From NCBI GenBank assembly GCA_951406725.2, contig OX597832.1, positions 3,286,001 to 3,350,000 on the forward strand: a DNA stretch of 64,000 nucleotides. The letters run 5' to 3'. A program made the position numbers and the translations under genes. Position 1 is the stretch's first letter. Every line of letters starts with the position of its first letter. Below, in pieces: positions 24,501 through 35,319 of the stretch. A model generated the notes under the pieces. It was given only the letters and a program-made list of their open reading frames with translations, was not told the origin of the DNA and did not search any database. This DNA comes from Octopus vulgaris (taxonomy: Eukaryota).

Positions 24501-26489
24501 GGCTTATCCTATTTTGTTAGGAATGCGACCGTGTGGCTTACAAAAGGAGACCTATATCACCAACCTCCTCACATACGGTCATATTCCTACAAGTGGAAAT
24601 GTTTTGAATAAAATTCTTTAATTTTGTGATTTGTATAATTAATTTTACTTTTGTGGATGTCAGTATATTTACTTCTATTTATTCCTTGATATCAATTGAT
24701 CCAATAAATATTTTTTGCATAAATTTTTGTATATAGTACAATATGAAACAATTTTAGAGTGATTGACATGATTTTGTTCACTTTGAAGGCTGCAGTTAAT
24801 TTCATTTTACATACACATATCTTAGAAAAATACCTAAAAAAAAAGACCCTTGTATTAGAATGACAATAATAATTACAAATTTTCTTGAGTTCAACTTCTT
24901 AATAACATTTAATTGTTTTACTCCTTAGAAAGTGGCTGTCATTAAAGTTAACTTTGGCTCTGGAGTTCTAGTAACTCTTGAATTCTTATAGTACTAGCTC
25001 TATGTAAATCCATCAGTTCTTTTAGAAATTAAAGATTTTGATGAAAATGCTGTTAGTCTTGTGTTAATATCATAAAAATATAACTATTGCATAAATTTGG
25101 ATGAAACTTAGAAGAAGCTGTGATTATTTCTGTACATTGGCAAATGTAGTTTCTACCTGTTATTATGTCACTGTCCTCCACTCAGGTAGGTTGAATAGAT
25201 ATAAGATGATTACAATTAGATGTTTTCACATAAATTTACAAGATATTATTGATTCCTGGGCATTGATTTCTTGTTTCAGAGTGGATTTTTCTTTCAGCAG
25301 TCTTGGTAACTTGGAAGCTGTACAACTCCCATCACAACCAGCACTCTGATATATGACTTCACCTCCTCTATTGATGTCTTAAGGCAGTATTTTCTTCAAC
25401 TTTATTTTATAAGTTCAGAATCATTCCAATCACTGGTGTGTACACCGAAATATCTCTCTAATTATTTTCTACAACTAACTTCAAGCTCTCTATCTCTAAT
25501 TAAATCATAAGTAATATTTCTGAATTTTAACTCACCACTTAATGTATCACCCCACATGATGCTTGAAAACTGAATCAAGAAAAACAGCCAAAGAAATTCA
25601 CTGAATAAACAACAAATATAAGCACATGAGGTAAACAGGAAGCCTTTTGATGAGAAGTTCTTGCTAAAATGAGGCCAAACTTTGTTTCTCACACAGTATA
25701 GTTCTTATCTCAGTTCCCTGTTTTTTTGCCTTAAGCAATGACAAGCAGTATAGTTATGTGCAGTTCAGGACTTGGCAAAATTTGTGGGTAGTTGCAATAC
25801 AGTGATTTAAGAGTTAATAATAGAAATTACTTTTGCCGGTCATTTAAAAAGAGCATACATAAATAGATACGTACACATATACATTTTTTATTTAAAAATT
25901 TTCCTTTCAACTAGTCATTAGTGGAAAGTGTGTGTAATAGTTGAGAGACAGTTTCCATTCCAGGATTTAATGTCAGTTAACCACAGCCATTCTTTTCAGG
26001 ACAGTTTAAGCTGGACAAAAACTACATCCCCTCTCAAAGAAATTTACAACTATTACCACTATCCAAAGCTTGTATTTACAGCTTAATAGACTGAGTCAGT
26101 GGAAGCTAAGACTTTTATTTCAGGACACAGCATAATATATGTGACAAACAAAAAGTTTCAGTGATAGATCGTGAAAATTCATTTAGCTGCAGCTCTCAAA
26201 TATTACAAAATACTTTGTTAGTGTGTGATTAATTTTTTACTAATGATGAAAATCAAGGAAAATTATTTCTCAGCATAGAGCAAAGAGCTATGTTTTCTTT
26301 CTTATGGAATATTAATTCTTGTAATCCATGAATTGACTCCAAATGTGACAAAACTTATTTCAGGCATTTGATATGCTGATCAAAAAACAGGATTAAAAGA
26401 AAATATAAAAATGTATTTACCCGAGATCCCTTTTCTCCAATACATTTGCAACTGTTATTTCCACATATTCTTCCACATTCTGGATTTTG
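215..26489 (-). CDS. COL4A2: Collagen type IV alpha chain (alpha2-like), multi-exon gene, partial: 13 exons covering the 7S domain and N-terminal triple helix; 3' part lies beyond position 1
   Basis: Manual splicing of 13 GT-AG exons (69,135,45,63,114,36,63,174,54,63,45,120,202 nt) gives one open frame: [27 protein letters not shown]...[13 protein letters not shown]... with interrupted Gly-X-Y. CxCxxEKG and DGCNGT match alpha2-type 7S domains as I recall them (vertebrate COL4A2, C. elegans LET-2). The NC1 domain needed for a firm alpha1/alpha2 call is outside the window. Confidence 0.9.
450..1250 (-). mobile_element. Highly decayed CR1/L2-like LINE ORF2 fragment
   Basis: Frameshifted traces resembling NYRPISLTS, YxxxxRPILEY and RLxxLxLxSL motifs on the minus strand; boundaries approximate. 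Confidence 0.35.
2437..2656 (+). mobile_element. tRNA-derived SINE family B (Nin-domain-like core)
   Basis: Head GGTGGTGAGCAGGCAGAA, B-box GAGTTCAAATTC, core CCTTTCATCC..GGGTCAATAAAATAAGTACCAG; 15-bp TSD TATGATTTG(A/G)TTATA at 2422-2436 and 2657-2671. Confidence 0.85.
3444..3563 (-). CDS. COL4A2: Collagen IV exon, 120 nt, [40 protein letters not shown]
   Basis: Acceptor taattctag, donor GTAAGT. Confidence 0.93.
4320..4655 (-). mobile_element. Short non-autonomous retroposon with RTE-type (GAT)n tail
   Basis: Perfect 13-bp TSD ACAAAGCTGGTAT at 4307-4319 and 4656-4668; GC-rich body; minus-strand end AAAACACTGGATGATG. Confidence 0.75.
4909..5288 (+). mobile_element. tRNA-derived SINE family C
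   Basis: A-box TGGCCCAGTGG, B-box GGTTTCGATTCC; 10-bp TSD ATAGATCCAG (4899-4908, 5289-5298); second copy at 52663. Confidence 0.85.
5324..5368 (-). CDS. COL4A2: Collagen IV exon, 45 nt, [15 protein letters not shown]
   Basis: Acceptor ttttcttttacag, donor GTATGT, 5 triplets. Confidence 0.93.
5677..5739 (-). CDS. COL4A2: Collagen IV exon, 63 nt, [21 protein letters not shown]
   Basis: Acceptor atttgacag, donor GTAAGT, 7 triplets. Confidence 0.92.
7191..7244 (-). CDS. COL4A2: Collagen IV exon, 54 nt, [18 protein letters not shown]
   Basis: Acceptor gctttttcag, donor GTAAGA; canonical 54-nt collagen exon. Confidence 0.93.
7950..8360 (+). mobile_element. SINE family A, degenerate copy with internal (TG)n
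   Basis: Similarity to the intact copies at 48022 and 63250 (GGGTTCAGTCCC..CAAGTGT, tail ATGGCTGCA); boundaries approximate. Confidence 0.6.
9170..9538 (-). mobile_element. tRNA-derived SINE family A
   Basis: Near-identical to 63250-63668: GGAGTGGTTGTGTGGTAAG head, GGTTCAGTCCC B-box, GGCACCTTGGGCAAGTGTCTT, tail GCTCCAGCATGGC..GACTGAAC. Confidence 0.9.
10440..10850 (-). mobile_element. Decayed RTE-like LINE 3' fragment
   Basis: Degenerate (GAT)n-type tail near 10440-10470 and weak RTE C-terminal-like translation; boundaries approximate. Confidence 0.35.
10926..11099 (-). CDS. COL4A2: Collagen IV exon, 174 nt, [58 protein letters not shown]
   Basis: Acceptor tattttatag, donor GTAAGG; two helix interruptions. 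Confidence 0.92.
11641..11703 (-). CDS. COL4A2: Collagen IV exon, 63 nt, [21 protein letters not shown]
   Basis: Acceptor ccttctcttttag, donor GTAAGT, 7 triplets. Confidence 0.92.
11751..11850. repeat. (AG)n microsatellite
   Basis: Direct reading. Confidence 0.95.
12412..12447 (-). CDS. COL4A2: Collagen IV exon, 36 nt, [12 protein letters not shown]
   Basis: Acceptor ttttttaacag, donor GTAAGT, 4 triplets. Confidence 0.92.
12819..12932 (-). CDS. COL4A2: Collagen IV exon, 114 nt, [38 protein letters not shown]
   Basis: Acceptor ttttattttcag, donor GTGTGT; overlaps ORF 12759..12956. Confidence 0.93.
14014..14076 (-). CDS. COL4A2: Collagen IV exon, 63 nt, [21 protein letters not shown]
   Basis: Acceptor tttttattttag, donor GTAAAA; carries the collagen IV 7S hallmark GCNGT (Cys plus N-glycosylation sequon). 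Confidence 0.95.
14166..14595 (+). mobile_element. SINE-like family D (RTE-related, Ceph-domain-like) with four tandem ~63-bp head units
   Basis: Units GTGCCGGTGGCACGTAAAAAGCACC at 14203, 14268, 14330 and 14393; core GGCGTTAGGAAGGGCATCCAGCCGTAGAAA; tail GCTAAACGAAGA(TGA)n. Confidence 0.85.
14869..15725 (+). mobile_element. Tandem cluster of four SINE family B copies separated by (ATT)n tracts
   Basis: Heads at about 14869, 15091 and 15364 plus a partial copy from about 15570; shared TTCAAATTC / AAGTACCAG / GTGCCAAAATTTGAA motifs. Confidence 0.85.
15758..16900 (-). mobile_element. R4/Dong-clade non-LTR retrotransposon, 5'-truncated and degenerate (RT thumb, CCHC knuckle, REL endonuclease)
   Basis: [33 protein letters not shown]; [18 protein letters not shown]; [25 protein letters not shown]; (ATT)n/(ATC)n tracts on both sides. 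Confidence 0.85.
16945..17288 (+). mobile_element. Non-autonomous Helentron-associated element (HINE/DINE-1-like)
   Basis: 5' subTIR hairpin ACCTCTGCCTTAGCAAAGGTGGAGGT, (GTTC/GTTT)n microsatellite, 3' subTIR GGTGGAGGT (17259-17267), terminal stem-loop GTGCTCTCTGAGTGC followed by TTTT. Confidence 0.75.
17297..18410 (-). mobile_element. Second R4/Dong-clade retrotransposon fragment (different subfamily)
   Basis: ORF 17982..18350 [28 protein letters not shown], then [19 protein letters not shown] and [16 protein letters not shown] motifs; flanked by (ATT)n. Confidence 0.88.
18413..18518. repeat. (ATT)n/(ATC)n microsatellite
   Basis: Direct reading. Confidence 0.95.
18849..18893 (-). CDS. COL4A2: Collagen IV exon, 45 nt, [15 protein letters not shown]
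   Basis: Acceptor ttattttcag, donor GTATGT, 5 triplets. Confidence 0.93.
19118..19252 (-). CDS. COL4A2: Collagen IV exon, 135 nt, [45 protein letters not shown]
   Basis: Acceptor ttcttcttatgtaaag, donor GTAATA, 15 Gly-X-Y triplets. Confidence 0.93.
19460..20080 (-). mobile_element. Degenerate Tc1/mariner-superfamily transposase fragment (rosa/DD41D-like)
   Basis: [51 protein letters not shown] and a PSLTPCDF-like motif across frameshifts. Confidence 0.75.
21330..21545 (+). mobile_element. SINE family B, degenerate
   Basis: CCTTTCACTCTTTCAGGGGTGATAAAATAAAGTACCAG core. Confidence 0.65.
23559..24591 (+). mobile_element. Solo LTR (Gypsy-like), 1033 bp
   Basis: Termini TGTAGCAGTAT...ATATTCCTACA (9/11 inverted match), 4-bp TSD AGTG (23555-23558, 24592-24595), CCAAT boxes, TATATAA at 23794-23800, AATAAA at 24412-24417. 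Confidence 0.85.
26421..26489 (-). CDS. COL4A2: Collagen IV exon, 69 nt, 7S Cys-rich N-terminus [23 protein letters not shown]
   Basis: Acceptor ttttttatgatttcag, donor GTAAAT, phase 0/0, four Cys of the 7S domain. Confidence 0.9.
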
Positions 26490-27399
26490 CTGAAATCATA
26501 AAAAAGAGGGAAAAAAAATTAATAAAGGAATAAAGAAAGCATGCTTTCACTCAACACTAAACATACTAACCAATCCCTGTTCTTATTATATTGATGTGTA
26601 GACCTGGTTTATCCATTTCTGCTCTTAGCATGCAGATATATAACCCCAGTCCACCCAGTACCTTCTCTCATAAGATGAATAGGCGAAAAGAAAAATTAAA
26701 TTAGTCTCATTTTATTTTAAGCAAAAAAAGGAATGTATGATGATATGTGATGGAAAGAGAAATTAATGGAAGTCACATAAGGTAAATGTTTCAAGAATTT
26801 TGTAAAAAGAGCATAATCTTGCTAACATGAGTTCCCTTGAAATCAATTAAGTAGAATAATGTAGGAGGTGGTTATATCGTTAGTCACAAGAAAATACCAT
26901 TAGGACTTTATAGCACATACATAAAGACCAAATGATATTTGTCTTTTCCATGTCTTCTATAGTGACCACTGTTTAGTGAAAACACAAAGAAATCTTTGTG
27001 TTTACAAAATTGTTTAGAATTAAGAATTATAACCCTAATTATATTTGAAGAGTTAATTGTATACTCCTAAATGCGTACAATTAAATAAATCTAAGGTGTT
27101 GCTTTGTAGCAGATGAATTCTTATTCTGCTTGGAGAAACTTTTCATGTAGTATTTAAACAAACAGAAATGTTACTGATAATATTTGAGACAAAATCCCTT
27201 ACAATGGTTAGGTATGAAATTTAAATCTTGCAAAGATAAACTTTCATCCTTTCAAGTTCAATAAAATAAAGTACCAGTCAAATACAGGGATCAGTTTAAC
27301 TCCCTATATCTCTTCCTACCCCAAATATATAACTTTGTGCCTGTGTTTGATATCAATATTGAAAAGCCTCGCTTGTGATGAGAATGTTGTGACATCAGG

Positions 27400-27880
27400 A
27401 TAAATTGAGGTTCCCTAGCATGGAGACTGTTTATAGATGCAACAAATGTAACATGTTTTCTGACATCTAGTAACTGACATGGTAGGCACCCACAAGATTA
27501 TCCACCATCTTTCCAACAACAACTTTGGGCACCTTTTTGAATTCCATATGTCTAACACTCGTGGACATGCTTAGAAAATCAAAGAAACAACACAGCATCC
27601 ATGATTTTCAGAAACATTTTTTCACAGAATTGCTTAACCATGGAATAAACTACCTGCATCAGTTGTCACACACTACATCCTTCAAAACTTCCAGTGCTTC
27701 CTGAAATTCACCAAAAGTACACCTGATGCCCCCAACCCCTGTTTCTTCTTCTTCTTCTTCTTCTTCTTTGCTAAGACTTTTTCACTGATCACTTCCTGTT
27801 CATATTCTATGTACTGTTCATGCAGTCTTGGTTACTTTTTCTGTTGAGTTGTAGTGCACCCGTGCACTACAGCTGTAAGT
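27400..27880 (+). mobile_element. CR1-like LINE 3' fragment
   Basis: NTRGHA*KI...DFQKHFFT...WNKLPASVV, the typical CR1 ORF2 C-terminus, followed by a 3' UTR. Confidence 0.75.
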
Positions 27881-28098
27881 TCATTATATATAATATAGTG
27901 ATAAATTCTTTCTCTGTATGTGTGTGTGTGTATACATACACACTCATATATATATATATTTATATATATACATAAGAAGATGAGATGACAAAAGAATAAA
28001 TGATTATCATATGAGCTAATGAAGTTCATAAGATAATTGTTTATTCCTTCATTATCCCATCTTATTACCACCCTGTACTCGACTAACACTGTTCTGAA

Positions 28099-28158
28099 GT
28101 GTATGTATGTTTAGTTCTACACCAAGTTGTGTATGTATGTTTAGTTCTACACCAAGTT
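28099..28158. repeat. Perfect 30-bp tandem duplication
   Basis: GTGTATGTATGTTTAGTTCTACACCAAGTT x2. Confidence 0.95.
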
Positions 28159-31100
28159 ATCAGACTTGTAATGCCTAATTGAAATATACATACATATGCT
28201 GTGCAATTTCAGGGGCATAATTTAAAAAGAAATATTATTACATTTCCTATTGTATAATTAACAAGAAGTACTGGAATATTAAAAAGCTATGAAACAGTTG
28301 TGCTCTTGTTTTTTTGTTAAAATATCTCTAAGCAAAAGAAGAGAGCTTTCTTTACATTAACCAAGCCCCATTACTAACAAGTTTGAAACATGTGGTCTTA
28401 ATTTTGAGAAATGACGTTGACAACATATTTTTCTGACATCTTCCAGTCACATCCCAAAACCCTTACATAGTAACCAGTACCAGTCATAGGTATTGATACA
28501 CAGAAAATGTATGTCCTAAATAGGGATGATGCATTGCCAAGTAGCTACCATAAAGAAATTGTAGAGTATCTTAAACATAGAAGAAAAAGCACAACAAAAG
28601 AAAATGATATTATTTTTGAAACCCGAGAAAGAGAATACTGTTTTTCACAAATTTATTGTCATGTCATTGGCTAAGAGCAGTACTGCACACTATACATATA
28701 CCCCTTCCTGCATCATCAGCATACACTTTTTTTTTTGTAACTATATACAAAATGTTGTAAACATTACATATGTACCAAATTGATTTAATTTTTCTCAATA
28801 ATCTGAAGGTGGTAATGTTATTGCAGTGTCTTGACCACACACATTTTCTCCCTCTCTGTTTCTATTTCTAACACTTCTCACTCTCTACCTAGCCTTTTCT
28901 CTCTCACCTACAAAAGTATATTTAAGAAGTGGGTTCCTGTTCTTTGCATGAAATTACTGTGTAATAGAACTCTTGAAAGCAATTATGAAAGCAAGTGAGT
29001 TATGAGCTGAACAACATTAATCTTCTCCTTATTGCCCCATATTACTAACTATGATAGAAGATTCTCATTAACAATAAGGAAGACATTCGTGGTGCTATGT
29101 AATCGTGCATCAGTGTCAACAGTAGGGCAACATCACTGGAGTCACATGCACTCCTTAGATCAAATACATATACCTTTGTATATAGATATATTATAGGAAT
29201 TCATCTGTGTGTGTGTGTGTATGCAAAGATATTTGAGACATTTACACACTCACACATACAATACATAAACAAATGCATTGATAGACAACCACCACTTAAC
29301 AGCCGTGGTGACAGATATAGACATACATTAAAACAAATATATTTATCAGCTTCACTTTCAGACACACACAACACACACAACTCTATATACATATAGAGGT
29401 ACACATTTAGGTGTCTGTGTAGAAGTATGCTTGTGTTCGCATCTGTGTTTATATATAGTTTACCATTTGAAAAATAAAAATTGTCTACTTTATTAGCTAA
29501 CAAATTTGAGTGAGCCACAAGTGTTTTTTTTTTTTTTTGTAGCCATCTCAGCAGCTGTTCTGTCATAGAATGGACAACACCCAGATGTGGAAGCTCACAT
29601 TCAAGTTCATCTAGCCCACATACATAATTTCCAGTAGTTTTACTTCTTTCTTCAACCCTCCCTTAACTTGTGTATTCAAGAGAGGAAGAATCTGGTAAGG
29701 GGAAAGTATAGCAAATTTTAGTGAAACTCAATGCTGCCTCCTGGATAACTGTAAGCTAGTGTGTGGGGTAAGATTCTGATGAGAAAGTGGGACAGGGTTA
29801 AGGTGATGTAGAGTGTGATATGTGGGTTGAACTTAGGTTTGGTAAGTCAGACATGTGAGCATGGAAAACATGTTGTAACAACCCATGTGGATTTAGGCAC
29901 TCATATTTTCTACTTACTAACTGAAAAAAAAAAAATACTATTACCCTTCACCTACTCCTGCTCCTTTTTGTCCTCTATATCCCTCCCATCCTTCCTTTAA
30001 AAGCTATAAACATTACACCCTATTCGTTGGTCTGCCATTTAGTCTCACAATTCTACAGACAAGTTATTTCTAGCAAGGCTAAGCTAGCAGAATGTTATGT
30101 TAGTACTAATATATTTCCAGGCTGCCGTTTCTCTGTTGAATATTGTGTAGGTGGTTCCTGTTTATACCAACTGACTCAGACAAACTATTAATAAAGATAT
30201 CTATTACTTTTGAAGTAACATTTGCTATATAAGTTCATTGTGCTTTTGTTGTTGTTGATAATTACTAGCAAATAGTCTGTTAACTATTACATCATAATTA
30301 TTATTCAACTGAGAGTAGGGGAGACAATTTTGCTATACTTCAGTGTACTGGGTTCAAGTTTTGCCAAAGTTGATATTGCTTTCTTTGCCTCCTGTCTCTG
30401 TCGCTCTCTCTCTGGTGTGCATGTGTGCAACACAGTATATTTCTGGTACTATGAGATATATATATATAAAGGTGGTGCTCCAGCATGGCTGCAGTTAAAT
30501 GACTGAAACAAGTAAAAGAATATGTAAGTGTGTGTGTATGTGTGTACATAAGTATATATATATATGTGCGTGTATACACGTACACACACACACACGTGCG
30601 CGCGATAATACTAGAAATACATTGGACTGATTCAATTTAATATATCTTTTCCATTCAGAATGGTGGATTGGTAAAATTGTTGAAGTATGAAGTAGATACT
30701 TTCAAAGTAAAATGGCTTTCCATCAGTTTCGATGATGAGCATACAGTTGTTTCATTAACTGACTCCCTGCTCAATGAATTACCAAGAGATTAAGCAGTCT
30801 GTAGACATGTGGACCTCTTAATGTATTTCCTAAGCAAAATCAGTATAACAGTATGTGACAAAGCTGAAATCTTAAATTATAGATCAAATTTGTCTGAGAG
30901 GATTCCACTCAGTTTCCAACTATCCCATTCCACTCCCAAGGCTTGATCAACTTGAAACTATAAAAGGCACTTGCCAAAAGATACCACATCATGAGATTGA
31001 ACACAGGACCTTGTGTTTGTAAAACAAACTTCTTAACCATCCAGTCATGCAGCATCCTTGGACATTGAATTTATGTAATAAATTGTGGCAATTTAAATTT

Positions 31101-33059
31101 TCTGTCTAAATCTTGAAATTATTTTTACTATTAATCTGTAACTGTCTGTTAATAATGGTAAACATGTTTTCCTAGAGCTCTTTCATTCATCACATTAGTT
31201 TTCTTTTATCAAAACAGTTGCATCTACGCTTGCTCTTTTTTTTTCTTTTGTGGATTTTTCTTTGACAATTCCTGCCATCAAAATTTATTGAAATAGTCAG
31301 TACCCTAAAGTTATTATTGAATTGGCATGTTTATCAACATAGGCATCCAGGCAATAAGTATAGTACCCAAAGAAAAAAAATTAATGAAGAAAATATATGT
31401 TACATTATCATGAAAGAAGAGAAAGGAAACAGCCATAAAAATAAACATGTGAGAATGAAAAAGGAAATGATTTGCTTGGAGCAGATATAATTATAGTTGA
31501 TCAGTCTCTAATCTATTTCCCTATATTGTATCAGTTGCTCTGAAAGGAAATGTTATTAGGTGTTTATATGTGACCTTTCATTTCTATTTTGTCAAGTTAA
31601 TTCCTTTGTTATCCTGTTGGGTGTCAAAATATCCTGTATTTTAAGAGTTGTTACACAAATGAATTATGTATCATACTTTGGCAATTCTTTCTGTCTCCTT
31701 TCTTAATGTTCATATAAGTTCTTCATAGCAAATAATAACACTAACAACACAGATATTTACATTTACTTCTTCTTCCTATATTTTCTTTCCTTCTTCTGTT
31801 CCACTCTGTCCATAATCTCTAGGTCTGAACTTTAATTCCACATTAATGTCCAAATCATAAGACACATATCAGTTTTTATATATGCAAACCAATGTTCATA
31901 CTTCGTAGCATACATACACATTGATGCTGAGAGACAAATGTAAATGAACTCACATGCAAACTGATGTCATTTATTTCTGCATTGGATGGTATTTTAGTAT
32001 TATAATGAAACTGCTGAAGAAACAAGGAAGATTTTTGGGAAGTAGAAGTACAGTATCTATATTTCTTTGTTCATACCACTTCTGTACCTCCGTTTACTAG
32101 TTCAAATCTCTGCAATGTCTTTTTAGAACACATTTTTGCCATCAAGAAGATGTATAGAAGTAAATATTAGGAAGAAGTGAAGTACCTAATTCTTTTTAGC
32201 ATTGTGGCTTTATATGATAGAGTAGTAGCCTAAGTTAGCAGTGTAATCGAGTCTTCGATTTTATTGACATTAGAAATTTAACTTCAAAATTAATTTTGTC
32301 TGTTTAACTTCAATATTAATTCTGTCTGCAGTAGTGCTGAACCTGCAAACATATGATTGAAAAGTGAATAACTTATCTACACTTCCATACTGCCAATATT
32401 TAATAATGAATGCCACAGAGTCCCTTATAGTCATAATTTGAAAACAGGAAATTACCGAGATTATTTGTTTCACCAACACTGGAGGTTAACAGGGAAAAAT
32501 TTATAAATTGTCTGAGGGGTGTGCTTCAAAATCTACATTTGAGATATTCTTGAAAGAAGATTTTTTTTATATTATTCATTCTGTTCTTTAGAATGTTTTC
32601 ACATTCAGATATCAAATATGTGGTGATTAAATCCTGTTGTACATTGAACTTTTGCAACCGGACATAATAGATACAATGTAGTTAAACATTTTTAATGAAA
32701 AATTGTGGTTGTACTTAGAAGTAGAATTTTATTATGTATGGCAATTTTATTACATATGAAAATGAAGACATGCACAATGAAGTTATGAGATGTCATTAAA
32801 ATTATAAAAGCAAAGATGAAAACTTTGGTATTAAGTCTGTAGTATAGCACTTTTCAAAACAGCTTATAGATAATAGAGAAGTTAAAAGTATTATGATATG
32901 ATGAAGCTAACAGCTGTGATTTGGGTAATTTTGAGCACTTTTTTTTCCTTTTGTCAAATCTTTTTTCTGCTTCAGAATGTCTGTTTTAAAAGACTATATC
33001 ATAATAATAGAGAAATGTATATACTAACATAAATATCAAATTTTGCAATTAATATGTAA

Positions 33060-33115
<56 letters not shown>

Positions 33116-33905
33116 TTGTGTGTGTGTACATACACACATATCCATACATATATTTGTTATATATGTATATAATAATTATAATTAAAGTAAAAAAGACTAA
33201 GAAATTTTAAGCCAATAATCCAAATATTTCTTAATTAACCTGAATTTGTGTTCTCATGCTTCCAACCACATATGGGCAAAGTTAAGCATAAGAAGATATT
33301 AAACATAAAACATTGTACTGTTGAGATGAGTGGAATCTAGCTGCAGAATGTTATGCAATGCAGCAAAGTTTAACCAATCAAAAAACTGTAAAGTAATTCT
33401 GCATTTCACCACAGATGTTTCTAAATGCTGTCTCCAAAATCTACTACCAATGGGCATTTTTATTAATGTACTACCATGAATGCAAAGTTTTAGGAGGATA
33501 AATATACTATAATAATATTATATACTATATATATATATATATGCATACAAACAACTCACACACACAATGTTATGCTTATTTATTGTATTAGTTGTATTTT
33601 CAGAAAATAAAGAGAAGCTTCTTATTCTCACTTCATCTGGTACTTAATTATGATTACTAAAATTTCAGAGTTTGATAAGAATAAATTAATTTTATATTAT
33701 AGCTTTAAGAAACTGTAAATATAAACTAAAAAAGTTGAAATGAGAAACCAATTGCAATGAGTATTAAAACATTATGACATGTGCTGAGATAGGTATAAAA
33801 CATGCCAAAGATAGGTGCATGATATTGAAATCATACAATAATTTGTTTCCAGTTAAGAAGCTCATCACAAATGTTAATCTATGACTCTAGAGACAATAAA
33901 TATTG

Positions 33906-34100
33906 GTTACAAATTTTACCACAAGACCAGTATTTTCAGTAAAGTGGGTAAATCGATTATATCAACTCCAGTGCGAAGCTGGTACTTATTTTATTAACCT
34001 CAAAAGATGAAAGGCAAAGTCAACCTCAGCAGAATTTGAACTCAGAACATAAAGTATTTTTCTTGGTGTGCTAATGATTCTGCCAGTTGCCACCTAAGAC
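33906..34100 (-). mobile_element. SINE family B
   Basis: Reverse-complement core GGTACTTATTTTATT..GATGAAAGGCAAAGT; 13-bp TSD ACAATAAATATTG (33893-33905, 34101-34113). Confidence 0.85.
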
Positions 34101-34890
34101 ACAATAAATATTGCTTCTTTAATATAAAATTATTGAATGTCATGGTAGAAATTATAACTTCACTGTTCTGAAGCTGTCAATATGACCTTTAATGGACAAA
34201 GCTGCTACATTCCAGTGTTCTCTAAAGTGGAACATACTGCCTATGTAATACATTTCATATATTCAATAGAGTACATTACGTGAGATCTAAAGTATCTGCC
34301 AGCATTTTTTATCAGTCTGTTTGCCAGTATGCAAATTCTGTAGGAATTAGCAGCTTGCTTTTTGTACAAGTAGCTTTTAAAACAAAGTCTTACATTGGTA
34401 AATTGCATGTTTAGCTCTTCTCCTAAAGTCAGTCTAATTGCATTGGTGAAATATTTGCTTATGTGAGGAATCATGAAGTAGCAAGTGTTCTAGAAGGGGA
34501 AAACTTTTGTTCATTTTGGTCCTTTATTTTACCCTGATTTCTTGCTTTTGTGATTTAATAACCCCCATCCCCACCCCCCCCCCCCGAATATCTCTCATCT
34601 TATCTCAGGATGATGTGTAACCTTCTAATATTAGTAACCTAATGTTAGCTGAATTTCTCAAGAACCACTTCATGATGATGGGTTATGAGACTTACTATAC
34701 ATACTTGCATGCATATGCATGCAAGCACACACACACATGTACATGCATATATATATATATATATTTATATCCATATGTATATATGTGTGTGTGAATGTAT
34801 ATATATATATATGTACTCACACACACATATATACATCTAATCTGTGTGTGTGTGTCTATGTGTGTATGTGTGTGAGAATACACACACACA

Positions 34891-34940
<50 letters not shown>

Positions 34941-35319
34941 TTAGATGTATTCAACTGCAATTGAAGACAAAAAAAAGTAAACCTTACCAGAGGAGTTGAA
35001 CCCTCTATCTTTTACTTGCAGGGTGAAATGGCATGTATAATGCTGACTGCTATAACTAGCATAACCATGCCTTTTCTACATAAGCTTCACCAAGTAGTTT
35101 TGTTATGTTTCATGAGAATGACGGGTAATGTAACAGCTACATAAGTAGATAAACTGCTCCCCTTTTTGTCTTACAGAGAAAACCTTCTATATCTTTGCTA
35201 GTGCACACACACATTTTATAGTTAAAATTTTAGCCACTTATGAAATAGCTTATTACCATTCCTATTCTGTGGTTGCTCAAAGTCATAAATACAGAAAAAT
35301 TTCACTGTGATACTAGACA

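Noticed and set aside
28457-28534. Possible phase-0 exon LLGNASSLFRTYIFCVSIPMTGTGYY
   Set aside because: The splice sites are plausible but the peptide is not a convincing signal sequence.
34562-34585. C-runs giving a potential G-quadruplex on the minus strand
   Set aside because: Short homopolymer-rich tract with no supporting context.
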